DNA of 57,601 nucleotides from a virus (Duplodnaviria; Heunggongvirae; Uroviricota; Caudoviricetes): IMG/VR virus record IMGVR_UViG_3300021255_002251; one strand, 5' to 3'. Shown piece by piece: positions 43,479 to 54,500 of this stretch (position 1 is its first letter; each line of letters starts with the position of its first letter). The notes under the pieces were generated by a model. It saw only the letters and a program-made list of their open reading frames with translations, ran no database searches and was not told where the DNA came from. The position numbers and the translations under genes were made by a program.

Positions 43479-45125
43479 TCATTGCCCTTCTATGCTATGA
43501 TGTTCTTGATACTTCGGTAGGCCATCTTCATCGAAAATGCTTTCATCTATCAGGTCCCATTGCGAACCACCACTCGAAGCCCCTCCACTATGTTCAGCTT
43601 CCCAAGCCGCCAAGATGTCGTCTACCGAAGAACCGCCTTTCCATGGGTCTTTATACTTCCCGAACTGGTTCACATGATGACTTTGGCTATAAGGTATCGG
43701 ACCACCGCCGAACAATCCGCCTTGCGAATGTCCTCCCATGGCCGATGCGAAGGAATAATGCCCGCCGCTACTATGCGAAGTCCCATGTCCACCCTTCCAA
43801 GGAGATTCCCAAGTGAAGTGGAACTGCTCATCCTTGCCATTCTTGTCGCCGTCGTAGAGCTTACCTATCCGTCTCATTGGAGTCGCAAAGCCGCCCTTCT
43901 CACTCTCTAGGAAACCTTCTATCGCCGCTTCCAGCATCTTCTTCTTCGGGTGGTTGAATGTCTCCATGTCATTCTTGGCGGCTTCTATTGCCTTATGTGC
44001 TTTCGCAACAAGTTTCTTGTCCGGCCCTTCTGGCTTCTTGTAGTCGATAGCGCTCCCAATGCTCCTAGCAACTCTACGTAAGGCATCACGCATCTTTATG
44101 ATGCTTGGGGGTATATCCTCCTTCTTCCCTAGAGAGATTTTCCCCTCATCGTCCATGTCAACCAAGAAACCTATGCCGTTGTCCGTCCGTTCTACGCCTA
44201 TTCTACGCCCATGAAACGACTGCTCATACCTGTCGTCATCTATCCTAGACACATTCATGACAATGGAATCGCCAATCATCACTGGTTTGTGAGACCCGCT
44301 ATGCACATGGCCGCACAAGACTATCTTAGGTTTCTTCTCCAATATAGCCTTTGTCAATGCCTCCGAGCCGAAGTGATTGTTGAAAGACGTATCATGGTCT
44401 AGGTCTAAGCCTTCTCCCTTTGGCGGAACATGGGTAACAAGAATATCAAGTCCTTCTGGAATCTTGGCAAACTCTTTCTCCAGAACATCGTTGTCTACTT
44501 CCCAAGCCCCGTTCATGTTGTGCGGACACCAAGACGTCCCATAAACCTTCATCCCGTTCACCTCTGACAAACTGTCGTCCAGATAGTGAACGTTCTTCGG
44601 CCACTCTACCTTGTCTCTATTCTCATAGAGCCACTTGTCGCAGTTCCCGCCGATAATGACTATCTGCTGACCTTTATGGTCTTCGCACCACGGCAGAAAC
44701 TTGTCCTTCCACCATTTCTCCGCGCTCCCAAAATCCGCATGGTGCTTCGCCTTTTCCATGAAATCTCCGGCAAGCACTATGGTTCCGCATTCCTTGTCCG
44801 TTATCCCCTCTATTCCGCTATGGTGAACGTCGCTAGTGGCATATATGAGGTCTACGGAGTCCTTCTTCTTCAAGTTTTCTCTGAACTTGCAGGTCTCCGT
44901 CTCCGGGTTGAATCCGCCGGGGTGATGCTGCCTATCGTGCTCTTCTAGCGTAGGTTCTCTTCTAGGCTTTGCATCAGCCGCAAACTTCTCCATGAATGCT
45001 TCAACAAGTTCGTCCTGTGCTACCTTTGGAGACCGAACGAGTACCATCCCAGAGCCGCTATTAACATGCGGTTGAGACGGCACTTCTTCTAGTATGCCTG
45101 CCAAAAAGCCCTGTATTCCTGTCAT
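43479..45125 (-). CDS. calcineurin-like metallophosphoesterase with extra N- and C-terminal regions
   Basis: TSDVH, LAGDF, GGNCD, LVTHVPP, LCGHVH. Confidence 0.88.
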   Translation of the reverse strand: MTGIQGFLAGILEEVPSQPHVNSGSGMVLVRSPKVAQDELVEAFMEKFAADAKPRREPTLEEHDRQHHPGGFNPETETCKFRENLKKKDSVDLIYATSDVHHSGIEGITDKECGTIVLAGDFMEKAKHHADFGSAEKWWKDKFLPWCEDHKGQQIVIIGGNCDKWLYENRDKVEWPKNVHYLDDSLSEVNGMKVYGTSWCPHNMNGAWEVDNDVLEKEFAKIPEGLDILVTHVPPKGEGLDLDHDTSFNNHFGSEALTKAILEKKPKIVLCGHVHSGSHKPVMIGDSIVMNVSRIDDDRYEQSFHGRRIGVERTDNGIGFLVDMDDEGKISLGKKEDIPPSIIKMRDALRRVARSIGSAIDYKKPEGPDKKLVAKAHKAIEAAKNDMETFNHPKKKMLEAAIEGFLESEKGGFATPMRRIGKLYDGDKNGKDEQFHFTWESPWKGGHGTSHSSGGHYSFASAMGGHSQGGLFGGGPIPYSQSHHVNQFGKYKDPWKGGSSVDDILAAWEAEHSGGASSGGSQWDLIDESIFDEDGLPKYQEHHSIEGQ

Positions 45126-45158
45126 CGCAATAAATGCCGCAATGACAAGGCAGATGCA

Positions 45159-46139
45159 TCATCCTATTGTAGCATCGAGGAACTTGTCAACAAAGGCATT
45201 CAACTTTGTAAACTCATGAATGTCTCCGAGCCAGTCCCTCGGAATCGCCTTGTATCCGTAGTACGAACCAGCGATGCCTCCAGCAACTGCCGCTACGCTA
45301 TCAGCATCCCCTCCGACATTGCCGCTTGCAATCACCGCATCCCTAAAGTTATTCGTGGAATTGAATGCCCACAATGCCTTTTCCATGCAACTATAGGCAT
45401 CAAACCCTCCCGTTGCTTCTCGCCAGTCCTTGTAATCTGACTTTATGCTTGTCCGCCTATTGTCAATCAGATGCGAATCATACACGCAAGCGAGCTTGTT
45501 CAATGCCCTAATGCACTCGCAGTTAAAATGGTCAATGTTGTTGATTCCCAACATCACATCATATCGTTCATGACTGGTGCGGCCAACCTTGTACCCCACC
45601 ATCCACGACGATGCAAACCGCATAATTCCGCCGCAACCACGGCTAAACTCTCCGCCGTTGACAAGGCTACCTGTCCGCTCGAAAGCCTTAAGACCAGACG
45701 CACAGCTTCCGCCAATGTCAAAGCAACGCCCATTCGAACTCCAAAGCCCTTCGTGCCACCACTTGCAGAATGCCTTTGCTATGCTCCTCAAATAGTCCTT
45801 CGGATTGTCGAGATAACCCTGCATAATGCAAAGCATCATGCTAGAATCGTCCGTATAATACCCAGCAGGAAGCCCCCAAGCACCTCCGCCCTCCATCTTG
45901 TCTACCCACTTGTGCCCCAATTTCGTGGAAAACTCAATCGGAGCGAAAAGAGCATCCCCTACAATCGTCCCGAATATAGCTCCCTTGCACTTGTCTCGGA
46001 AGTCCGTAGACATTGGCTGCTCCTTGCCTTTTGCAAGTGCTTCATATCGCTTGTCCATCTCTTGTTCTGTCATCTTCATTTTTCTTTTTCCTTGTCTTTC
46101 TTCTTTGTTGTCCTTGTGACGGCGCATATGATACCACAC
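45159..46139 (-). CDS. ADP-ribosylglycohydrolase (DraG family)
   Basis: GTIVGDALFAPIEF, YYTDDSSM, FDIGGS, GCGGIMR, GGDADSVAAVAGGIAG. Confidence 0.93.
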   Translation of the reverse strand: MWYHMRRHKDNKEERQGKRKMKMTEQEMDKRYEALAKGKEQPMSTDFRDKCKGAIFGTIVGDALFAPIEFSTKLGHKWVDKMEGGGAWGLPAGYYTDDSSMMLCIMQGYLDNPKDYLRSIAKAFCKWWHEGLWSSNGRCFDIGGSCASGLKAFERTGSLVNGGEFSRGCGGIMRFASSWMVGYKVGRTSHERYDVMLGINNIDHFNCECIRALNKLACVYDSHLIDNRRTSIKSDYKDWREATGGFDAYSCMEKALWAFNSTNNFRDAVIASGNVGGDADSVAAVAGGIAGSYYGYKAIPRDWLGDIHEFTKLNAFVDKFLDATIG

Positions 46140-46157
46140 ATCCTAGTAGGGTGTAAA
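46128..46157 (-). promoter_or_regulatory. sigma70-like promoter for the ADP-ribosylhydrolase unit
   Basis: TTTACA-18-TATCAT followed by ATGCGCCGT. Confidence 0.7.
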
Positions 46158-46225
46158 GGGGGTATAGAACAAAAGAGCGGAAATTCTTCCGCCCCTTTGC
46201 CTATAAGAGATGCCACTGTCGCTAA

Positions 46226-46723
46226 CTAGACACGATACTCATCTAGCACATTAAGACACTTCCCAATCAGTATCTTGTCTTCTGGCTTCTTTCTAGGAAG
46301 CCTCTCCAGAGCCATCTCGAGACATCGTGCCAAATGCTCATTGCACTCTTCGTAGGTAATCCCGCGATTCCGCACAACCTGCTTCGCCCTATCGTCGTAT
46401 AGAGCCTCCATAGAGGCATCCTTGCGGTCGGTAATCTCTGGTCTAAACCCTAGATTCCTATCGCACCACTCCCAGATGTGCTGGCGCAATTCCTCCTGGG
46501 CTTTCGGACAACTACCTACGTCACCTAGCCGTGCCGTGACTATCTTCACCCTAAAGCCTCTCGCATTGAGACGCTTCATAAGGCTTGTCATCCTCTTTAT
46601 CGGCTTACCGATGTTCCCATACCCGAAGGCATGGTTCGTATTGTCGGCTATCGTGCCATCTAGGTCAAATCCGTACCAGCGCCAAGTTTTATATATCTTC
46701 TTCCTCACTGTGCCAGTTCCCAT
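46226..46723 (-). CDS. HAD-superfamily phosphatase-like protein
   Basis: GFDLDGTIA (motif I), IVTAR (II), LYDDRA (IV). Confidence 0.8.
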   Translation of the reverse strand: MGTGTVRKKIYKTWRWYGFDLDGTIADNTNHAFGYGNIGKPIKRMTSLMKRLNARGFRVKIVTARLGDVGSCPKAQEELRQHIWEWCDRNLGFRPEITDRKDASMEALYDDRAKQVVRNRGITYEECNEHLARCLEMALERLPRKKPEDKILIGKCLNVLDEYRV

Positions 46724-47235
46724 CTATCCTGTTCTTCGTTTTTCCTAATCAAACCTCTCTGGCTCCAATCCTCTATCCATCTTTCCATGTTCTTATTTGC
46801 ATCCTTGCTTCCGTACTTCAATGGCTCATAAGGCACATCGAATCCACTATCTCCCCAAAGTATCTTCTCTGCCTCATCAACAGTAGATGGAATATTACAT
46901 TCACCCTCACTGTCTCGCTTCAAAGACGCTCCCATTTGCGCAAAATAAGCCAATGCCCTCGGCTCGCGAACAAATACGCAGTTTGTCACTTTCCCAGAGT
47001 GATCTAATATCAGCCAGAAACTCCCTTGAGCAAGCGCATAAGCATACAAACTAGCTACTTCTACCTCTGCCCCATCCTCAAAAGTCAGTTTGTACCACCC
47101 TGATAGGTTGAATGGCGAAGTAGTGTCCTTGTATACATCATCAGACCAAGGCTGCATACACTCCATCTTGACAAGCCCTCCATGGGCTGTCTCGAGGTCT
47201 ATGCATCCTTCATCGTATTCGATTTCTCTCTTCAT
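46705..47235 (-). CDS. hypothetical protein
   Basis: follows promoter at 47267-47296. Confidence 0.7.
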   Translation of the reverse strand: MKREIEYDEGCIDLETAHGGLVKMECMQPWSDDVYKDTTSPFNLSGWYKLTFEDGAEVEVASLYAYALAQGSFWLILDHSGKVTNCVFVREPRALAYFAQMGASLKRDSEGECNIPSTVDEAEKILWGDSGFDVPYEPLKYGSKDANKNMERWIEDWSQRGLIRKNEEQDRWELAQ

Positions 47236-47266
47236 TTCATTCTTTCCTGCTCTTCGTTTGGTGTGT

Positions 47267-47296
47267 ATTATAGCACAAACCTAATCAGGCTTTCAA
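47267..47296 (-). promoter_or_regulatory. sigma70-like promoter
   Basis: TTGAAA-18-TATAAT. Confidence 0.75.
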
Positions 47297-47307
47297 TAGG
47301 GGGTACA

Positions 47308-50300
47308 CTATTTCTTCGGGTGAGTGCTGAAGAACCCTAGGCGACTTGCCAGTTTCTTGAGGAAACCCTTCATTCCAGAAGTCTTATTCGCTTCGTCGAT
47401 TGCTCCCTTCCATGTCAAATTCTGGTCGTCATGATACACCCAGCATGGGAGATTATAGAGGTTGCCTACATATTCCTGCTCACTATCATAGCCATAATCG
47501 TCTCCTGTCGCCTTTTTGTTGTTCGCGCAACACACGATTCTTGACAGAGGAACGGCATAAACCTGCTTATATGGTTCGTGCCACCAGTTAGCCTCAAACT
47601 GCATGCAGTCAGCGGCGCTATCTACATGAGGGCCGACCCACCCTGTTGTTGATGAGGTAGAATAGATTTTCTTCTCTTCTGCGGTCAGACCTTGTGGAAT
47701 GTTTCCAATGTTCCTATTCAAGAACACAACTCCAGACTTCTTGTCATATAGGTCGTTGTGTTCATTCTCCATCTTCACCATGTTCATCCCTAGGTACATG
47801 GCCTGTGATGCCATATCCCTATCCCATTCTTCCTTGTGCGGTAGCAGGTGACTATTTATACAGCTTGTGTAGTAACTTCCTTTGTACAATTTTTTCTGAT
47901 CGGCCATCTCTAATATCTGTTCAGGAGTGAATCCTAGCGCCATCATCTCCCGAACTTTCCACCTCACGGCAGAATCTGCATATGATGAACCTTTCTGTGC
48001 CCCCATGGAACTCTCGATCGGCGCAATCCCATTTGTCTGAACTCTATGAGCTATTCCGTTCGTGTCTATTCCCTCATCCATTAGGGCCTTGGCAAAATCA
48101 TGGAAATTGTGGTATGGAGAGCCACCTGCGGCTTTCGCTTTCTCCTCTTCCTTCTTCTTATGAGCATCTTTCCTCTTCTCATATTCGGAAAGTTCCTTCT
48201 GATACACCGACATCTTTGCCTTGTACTCGGCTATAGCGCCAGCCATGTCGTCATGGATTTTCTTCTCCGTGGGGCTAAGATAATCCTTTGCGAGCTTGCC
48301 TTGTATCGTCAATCCGCTTGGCACTAACCCAATCGGCTTCTTCCAACCGTTTTCCTTCGAGTAGGCAATAGTGTCGTAAAGCCCTAAAAGGATTTTGGCA
48401 TTAGCATCGGTCTTCGCGAGTTCCGCCAACTTGTCCCTGTCTATCTTCTCCCATTCCGCAATCTTGGCCGCATTCGGCTTGTAGTCAGGGTTGCTCATGG
48501 GATTCCCGATAGGATTCCCTTTTTCGTCGAACTTCTTTTCGCCTCCATGGTAGTTTATGGTTTTTGCCGCGCTAAAGATTATAGACCCTATCTTCGATCC
48601 CGTATATTCCTCATTCTTTAGTTTGTCTGCCAATGCCGTAGTCGGGTCTTGTGGCTTTTCTGGCGGATTCTCTCCAAACGGCTGCGGAGAATAATTGCCC
48701 CAGTGTGATTTGTATTCGCCAAACCCAGAATCATTCCAGGAAACGCTCTTCGCACTAAGTTCCCGTAATCCTCTCTTGGAAGCCTCATAGGAGGCATCTA
48801 GCGCCATAGAAACGAATCCATTGTTCTTATAGCCGCCAAGGGCCATATTGACCGCTCTCCAAGTCATCTGCTTCATCTCGAAGAGAGGCTTCGCCAATGC
48901 TTTCTGTATCCCCTGCGGTAGCGTCCCTACAACTGCATCCAGATTGATGTTCCCCGCAGAAAGGAATATGTCCGCAGTAGAGTAGCGGTCAAATATGCCC
49001 GCACAACGCTCATTCCTCCGCATAGTACGGAAATCGTCAATCCATTCCCTGTCTTCCCAATTGTCATAGAAATCATGTACAACTGGAGCATTCTTGCCAA
49101 AGATTGCGCTTACCTTGATTTTCTTAGGTTTTCCGTCTGGGCCTTTGACTACCTTCCCGTCATCATCTGTTTCATCCGCCCATTTCCAGTTCGCACCTTT
49201 GACATCCCCATTTCCCTTCATCGCAAATGAACCGTCATTGTCAATGCGGTAGGCATGCCCATCGTCACCAATGATAATGTTATCAAAAGCAACATGTGTC
49301 TTCTGCGGACTCCCATCTGGGCCAGGTATGACCAGGGCTTCGTGGTTGTTTATGACCTCTGGAGAAGTCCCTAATACATCGTAATTTGAGAAGAGTACAT
49401 CAAGAGGATAACCCTTTAGAATGTCCTTTCGGATTTTATCCCTTGTCGGATCGTCTGCTTCTCTCCACACATCCCATAGGGTTTTGCCCTTTATGAATTC
49501 TGCAAGTTTATAAACCTTTCCATCGCCAAAGGTGTACAGTTTGGAATCTGGTGCATAGACTCCGCCCGCACGATAAGCCATGTCCGCATTGTAGCCGTTC
49601 CTAATGACGGAAGCCCCGGTTCCAGTAGCCGCCTTGCAAACATATTGCTTGTTACCTATCTGAATGAGCCTTGTTCCTAAACCTCCGTGTCCGCCCAATT
49701 CCTTGATTGGGTGTTCTATCGCCTTTTCAAGTTCCACTTGGGTTACATTCTGCGGGAACTTGGACTCATCGTGCTCCAATGGCTTAAGCATACCCTCTGC
49801 AACCATTGATTCCTTGTTCCCACTCAATGCTGAAACTAGTGCTTCCTTTGCGCCGCCCTTCTGGTTTTTCCCTTTCTTCTTAGGCTTCAATGCCTCCAAC
49901 ACCGCTTTGGAGAATTTCAAGTCAGGAAACTTCTTCGCATTTTCCTTAAACCACTTCTTGTTTGCTGCCGTGGGAGGGGCGCCGTCCCATGTACCATTGT
50001 TGCATAGTTCTTTTGATGCTTTTATCTGTTCTGGTGTAACTATCTTACCTACTCCAACCGCATCATAGAACTCCTGGACATCCTCATCCTTAATCAGACC
50101 ATCATCTTCCTCTGGCGCATCTCCACCGCTCTCTAGGAACTCCACATACTCCTTGAAGTTGTCGAGAGCCTTTGCAGCACCCTCAATGTCCTCGGCATTT
50201 ATCGCATCCTCAAAAGCCTTTCCAAGCACATTCCCCTTCTTCGCATCCCAAGTGAGGTCAAGCCCTTCTCCCTTCATCTTGGCAATCACTTTGCCCATCT

Positions 50301-51462
50301 CTGCGATGAGAGAATCTTTCGTAGGCTTCTCTTCACTTCCACCTAAAGTGTTGCCTTTATTCTCTATCAGCCCCTTTTCTTCCAGCATCTTGTCCAAAAG
50401 TTCCAAAGCATAGTTGTCTACTCCTGCGGCATGGGCTTTTTCAGATGATTCTTTAAACCAAGAAAGTTGCCCTTCTGTTAGAGGACTCCCACTTGGGTTT
50501 TCATGTTTAGTAAGAACAGTTTCGTATATGTGCTGAAACTCTGTATCTTCTTTCAGATTTCCTATAAATATAGGAGAAAAAGTCTCTATGATGTCATCTT
50601 TGGTTAACTTCTTCTGGTTTTCTGACGCCCCATTCACTTTCGCCATCGTTTTCTTCAGAACTTTAAGTGCGGGCAGTTCATCCGGATTGGCACTCTTTGT
50701 CTTGTCGAGCAAGTCGTTCCACCATGCCTTCTGGTTGTCGTTAAGCGGAGTCCAACTAGGATTCAACCCATGAAGTATGATTGCCTTGTAAGATTCCATC
50801 AATCCCGGATTCTGCTCGAAGTGCTCATCTTTAACACCCTTAAACGAGACTAGGTCTTTAATCTGTTCGTCTGTCAGGTCTTTCGGCAACTGTTCTTCTT
50901 TAGGTTCATCCGCAAACACATCGTCATCGAAATCTGTATTCCCAAGCAATTCCGACTCCAAGTCCTCTGTTGCCTCCCCTACTACATCGTCCAACTCGTC
51001 GAAGTTGTCCAGCAAATCTGCATCGAGTTCGTTCTCTGCTATATCTGTATCTATGTTATCCAGTTCAGAAAATGGGTCTTCATTCTTCTTCTCTGGTGCA
51101 TCTGTGGAAGAAAGAGTGTCCGCATCCTCCAACTCCGCCTCGCCTTCCGGTGTGACGAACCCTCCATCACCTAGAATAAAGACCGCCTTCTTAAAACCCA
51201 ATGAGCCTTTCGCATTCGGGAGCAGTGCTGCAACCTTATTATAGGCATCGTATGCATCATCCGAATCTATCTCATACCCGTTCTTCGTCTTCTTTACCTT
51301 TGCCGCCCCCTTGCCCATCAGCTTGTCAAGTTCTGCCTGAAGCATCTTGGGGCCATGATACCGGCACTTCAACGGGTCTTTAGCCGTACATTCAGCAAAA
51401 GTCGCCTTTACCTGCTTCTTCGGCCCAATTTTAGCCTTTGCCGCATTCTTCTTGATAGCCAT
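47308..51462 (-). CDS. 1384-aa polyvalent protein: Zn-knuckle-like N-terminus, HipA/PI3K-like kinase domain, putative C-terminal ADP-ribosyltransferase
   Basis: LGGHGGLG..YVCK, LDVLFSNYD, DNIII..RIDNDGSF; C-terminal FLNR..DSAAD..SEQEY. Confidence 0.65.
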   Translation of the reverse strand: MAIKKNAAKAKIGPKKQVKATFAECTAKDPLKCRYHGPKMLQAELDKLMGKGAAKVKKTKNGYEIDSDDAYDAYNKVAALLPNAKGSLGFKKAVFILGDGGFVTPEGEAELEDADTLSSTDAPEKKNEDPFSELDNIDTDIAENELDADLLDNFDELDDVVGEATEDLESELLGNTDFDDDVFADEPKEEQLPKDLTDEQIKDLVSFKGVKDEHFEQNPGLMESYKAIILHGLNPSWTPLNDNQKAWWNDLLDKTKSANPDELPALKVLKKTMAKVNGASENQKKLTKDDIIETFSPIFIGNLKEDTEFQHIYETVLTKHENPSGSPLTEGQLSWFKESSEKAHAAGVDNYALELLDKMLEEKGLIENKGNTLGGSEEKPTKDSLIAEMGKVIAKMKGEGLDLTWDAKKGNVLGKAFEDAINAEDIEGAAKALDNFKEYVEFLESGGDAPEEDDGLIKDEDVQEFYDAVGVGKIVTPEQIKASKELCNNGTWDGAPPTAANKKWFKENAKKFPDLKFSKAVLEALKPKKKGKNQKGGAKEALVSALSGNKESMVAEGMLKPLEHDESKFPQNVTQVELEKAIEHPIKELGGHGGLGTRLIQIGNKQYVCKAATGTGASVIRNGYNADMAYRAGGVYAPDSKLYTFGDGKVYKLAEFIKGKTLWDVWREADDPTRDKIRKDILKGYPLDVLFSNYDVLGTSPEVINNHEALVIPGPDGSPQKTHVAFDNIIIGDDGHAYRIDNDGSFAMKGNGDVKGANWKWADETDDDGKVVKGPDGKPKKIKVSAIFGKNAPVVHDFYDNWEDREWIDDFRTMRRNERCAGIFDRYSTADIFLSAGNINLDAVVGTLPQGIQKALAKPLFEMKQMTWRAVNMALGGYKNNGFVSMALDASYEASKRGLRELSAKSVSWNDSGFGEYKSHWGNYSPQPFGENPPEKPQDPTTALADKLKNEEYTGSKIGSIIFSAAKTINYHGGEKKFDEKGNPIGNPMSNPDYKPNAAKIAEWEKIDRDKLAELAKTDANAKILLGLYDTIAYSKENGWKKPIGLVPSGLTIQGKLAKDYLSPTEKKIHDDMAGAIAEYKAKMSVYQKELSEYEKRKDAHKKKEEEKAKAAGGSPYHNFHDFAKALMDEGIDTNGIAHRVQTNGIAPIESSMGAQKGSSYADSAVRWKVREMMALGFTPEQILEMADQKKLYKGSYYTSCINSHLLPHKEEWDRDMASQAMYLGMNMVKMENEHNDLYDKKSGVVFLNRNIGNIPQGLTAEEKKIYSTSSTTGWVGPHVDSAADCMQFEANWWHEPYKQVYAVPLSRIVCCANNKKATGDDYGYDSEQEYVGNLYNLPCWVYHDDQNLTWKGAIDEANKTSGMKGFLKKLASRLGFFSTHPKK

Positions 51463-51514
51463 CGTAAAATTCTCCTAGCCCGTAAAGTGTAAGTATAGCG
51501 AATAAGCAAAAGCC

Positions 51515-54500
51515 CTACTTTCCTAACTTGGCGAGCATTGCCTCATACTTGGACAGTTTTGCCTTGGCCGTCTCATCTTTCGGGTTTGATGCAAGTTTCT
51601 TCTTGAATATCTTAATAGCCGCTTCTAGTTTTTGTTTAGGAGACATAGCCGCAATCTTGGCTTTCTTCTCATCGTCTGTAAGAGTGGATTTCTGTTTGGC
51701 TTGCTGCAAAGGTTGTGCCGATTGCTTTGGCTCTTCTCCACCTTGATTGCCTTGACCCTTCTGCCCATTCTGCCAAGCATCGAAGTCGAACGGCTCTACT
51801 GGCTTCTTGCCTTCTCCACCTGATGTGCCTCCTCCCTCCAGATTCTTCTTGGATTCGGCAAGTTTCTTCGCCGCATCCGCCTCATCATTGCACTTCTCTA
51901 TCGCCTGCTTGTATGCTCCGAATGCCGCCATAACCTCCACCGCCTGTGATGCAACTGCTTTCTGCATCTGTTCTATGTCCGCTTGGTACGTCCCATAGTC
52001 TTCGCCTTGGCTTGGTACTTCGTCCATCTTGTCCTTAAATGCCTCTATTGCATCATCCATTGCTTTGGACGCTGCTTTCGTGGCTTTGTATGCATCCTCT
52101 AGGAAATACTGGCCTTCAATCTCCGCCATCTCATCTGGCGTGATGTTTTCCTCCGCTCCAGATTCCAGTTCGTCCTTCAGATAGTCGAGATAGTCCACAA
52201 CGGAATCAACCCCCTGCGGAGGACGCTTTCCACCAAAGACATAGGCACCGAGGTTCTTTACCGTCTGCTCCACGGAATCCGCCGCTCCCTTCTTCGCCGT
52301 CTCCATCGTCGCCTTTTCGTAAGACTGTAGGGATTCTGTAAACTGCTTGATAGAACCCTTCATCTGAGCAATATTTCCGTCAACTGCTTCCTGTGCTTTC
52401 TTCTTCGCATCTTTAAGAACGGACATTGACATGGCAACCGCAAACGGGTCGCTAGTCGAATACTCGTCTGAAGTGGATTTTATCTTCGCCTCAATCTCAT
52501 CGAGAGAAGACTTTGCCGCATTCAACTCTTCCATATGGTAGTTGCACATATGCTGCATTGCAAACACATCTGCATCTGTTATAGCGCCTATGGAATGCAT
52601 CTTGTCCATCAGACCGCTTAGTTCGTTTTGAAGCGAGGAAATCGCATTGCCGCCATTGGACTGGGCAGGAGGCTTCCCTCCATAATTCTTCTCGAAGTCT
52701 GAAATCGCATGAGAAGGGTCTTCCGAATTACCCGAGAACCCGTTATTGTCATGTACCCCAAAGGTAAGATTTCCGTCCTTACCAATGACCGCCTCTAACG
52801 TCCCTTCTCCGTCGTCTGAAGTTGCTATATAAACTTCCTGCGTGTCACCAAAGTCATCATATCCAAAATCACCGTTCTCATATCCCGTGCCTGCCAATGC
52901 TTTCTTTACCTTGTCTAATGCCCCACTCTTCTTGGCATTGGAGTCCCCACTTGTTTCTTCATTCTTGGAAACTGCGCTAGGGGCGGGCAGGACGGTTGTC
53001 TCACCTCCATTATCCTTCTCATCCTTCTTGGGGCTATCCTTAATCGCCGTAAGAGATTTTACTAGAGAAGGCACCTTGTCCTTGATTGAGTCTACCGCAT
53101 CTAGCCATTGCGCAGAACATACTCTCCGTGAATAAGGCTCCCCTTCTGGTATTTCGTCTACATCCTCTGGGAAACCTTCCCCACTTAATACCTTGTTTAG
53201 GTGTTGCAAAAGTTTTTCCTTATCATCTTCTTCATAGCCTTCATAATCGGCACGGGCATTTACAGCTAACGATTTTTCTTTCTCTCCGATACTTCCCTTT
53301 CCAGCACCTGCCATTTCCTCACTCTTGTTTGCCGATGACTGCTTCCCCTCTAAAACATTCTTCAGTTCTTCAATTGCATTAAATACTTCTTCCGTATCCT
53401 CTGCTTTATAGGCCACACCATATTTGTGTGATATAGGCGCAATCTTCTCATCCCATTCCTTTGTCCCCCACTTTTCCTTCATAGCCTTATCCATTAGAGG
53501 AATCCACTGTTTTTGTGCCTTCCAATACCAAGGGTTGACATCTTCATCTGTCAATCCAGAAACCTCATTTTGTTCCTTCTTCTTGCTAGAACCGTCCTTC
53601 AAAGAAGTGGCGGAATTAGAATCGGGAAAGCCAGTTGTATCTCCTACACCCGTCTTTCCTTTTTTATTCTTCATCCCATTTATCCACTCCTTCATTTCAG
53701 ATAAAGTCTGTGCATCTGGCTTGTCGGTAGAATCATGGTACTGATTGTACTTCTCTTGGTCTTCTTCATCCTCAATCAGACCGTTTTCCTTCGCATCAAA
53801 AAGCATCTTGTTCTTTGCGAGAGACATTTCAGAACTATTCATATCAGACAGCTTCTTTGAAACGACATTCTCGTCATCATCAAAGTATTCAAATGTCTGG
53901 CTATCACTACCTTCTTGACCGATGGGTTCTTCCGCTTTCTCCTGTTGTTCTTCTGGTGTTGCTACAGCCTCTGGCTTCTTCTCCCCGTTCTCGTCGTACT
54001 TCCCTATCTCATCCTTCAATGCTTCAAGGGCTTGCTTCAATCCATTTGCATCCCCCGCATCATGCGCCGTGTCGAACTGGTTCGCTATCTTGTTGAAGTT
54101 TGCCAGAAACTCCTCATTGTTGCCGAGAAGCGACTTGTGGACCGTCTTGTCTACCAAGTCGGCCCATTCGGTCTCAATGTCTTCGTCTACCGTCTGCCAC
54201 TTCTCTCCCTTTTCCGCCTTCTTCTCCAACCCAGGAGCAGTCTCACCTACAACGTCCTGCTTCTTGTGCTCCTTGATAGCCTTCTTCGTGTTGGAAAGCA
54301 TCTGGTCTGCCTTGGTGTCCTTCTTTGGCGGCTTGTCCGCCTGCAGAATGTCCATCTCGAACTCTTGGGTCTGCTTGTGCTTCCCTACCAGATTCCAGTC
54401 CTCCGTAGACGATGTGATTCCCGGATTCTGGGTGAGGTACATATGCACCATCTTCTCCACCATCTTTTTCTTGGATGGCGGACATCCAACGGTAAGACGG

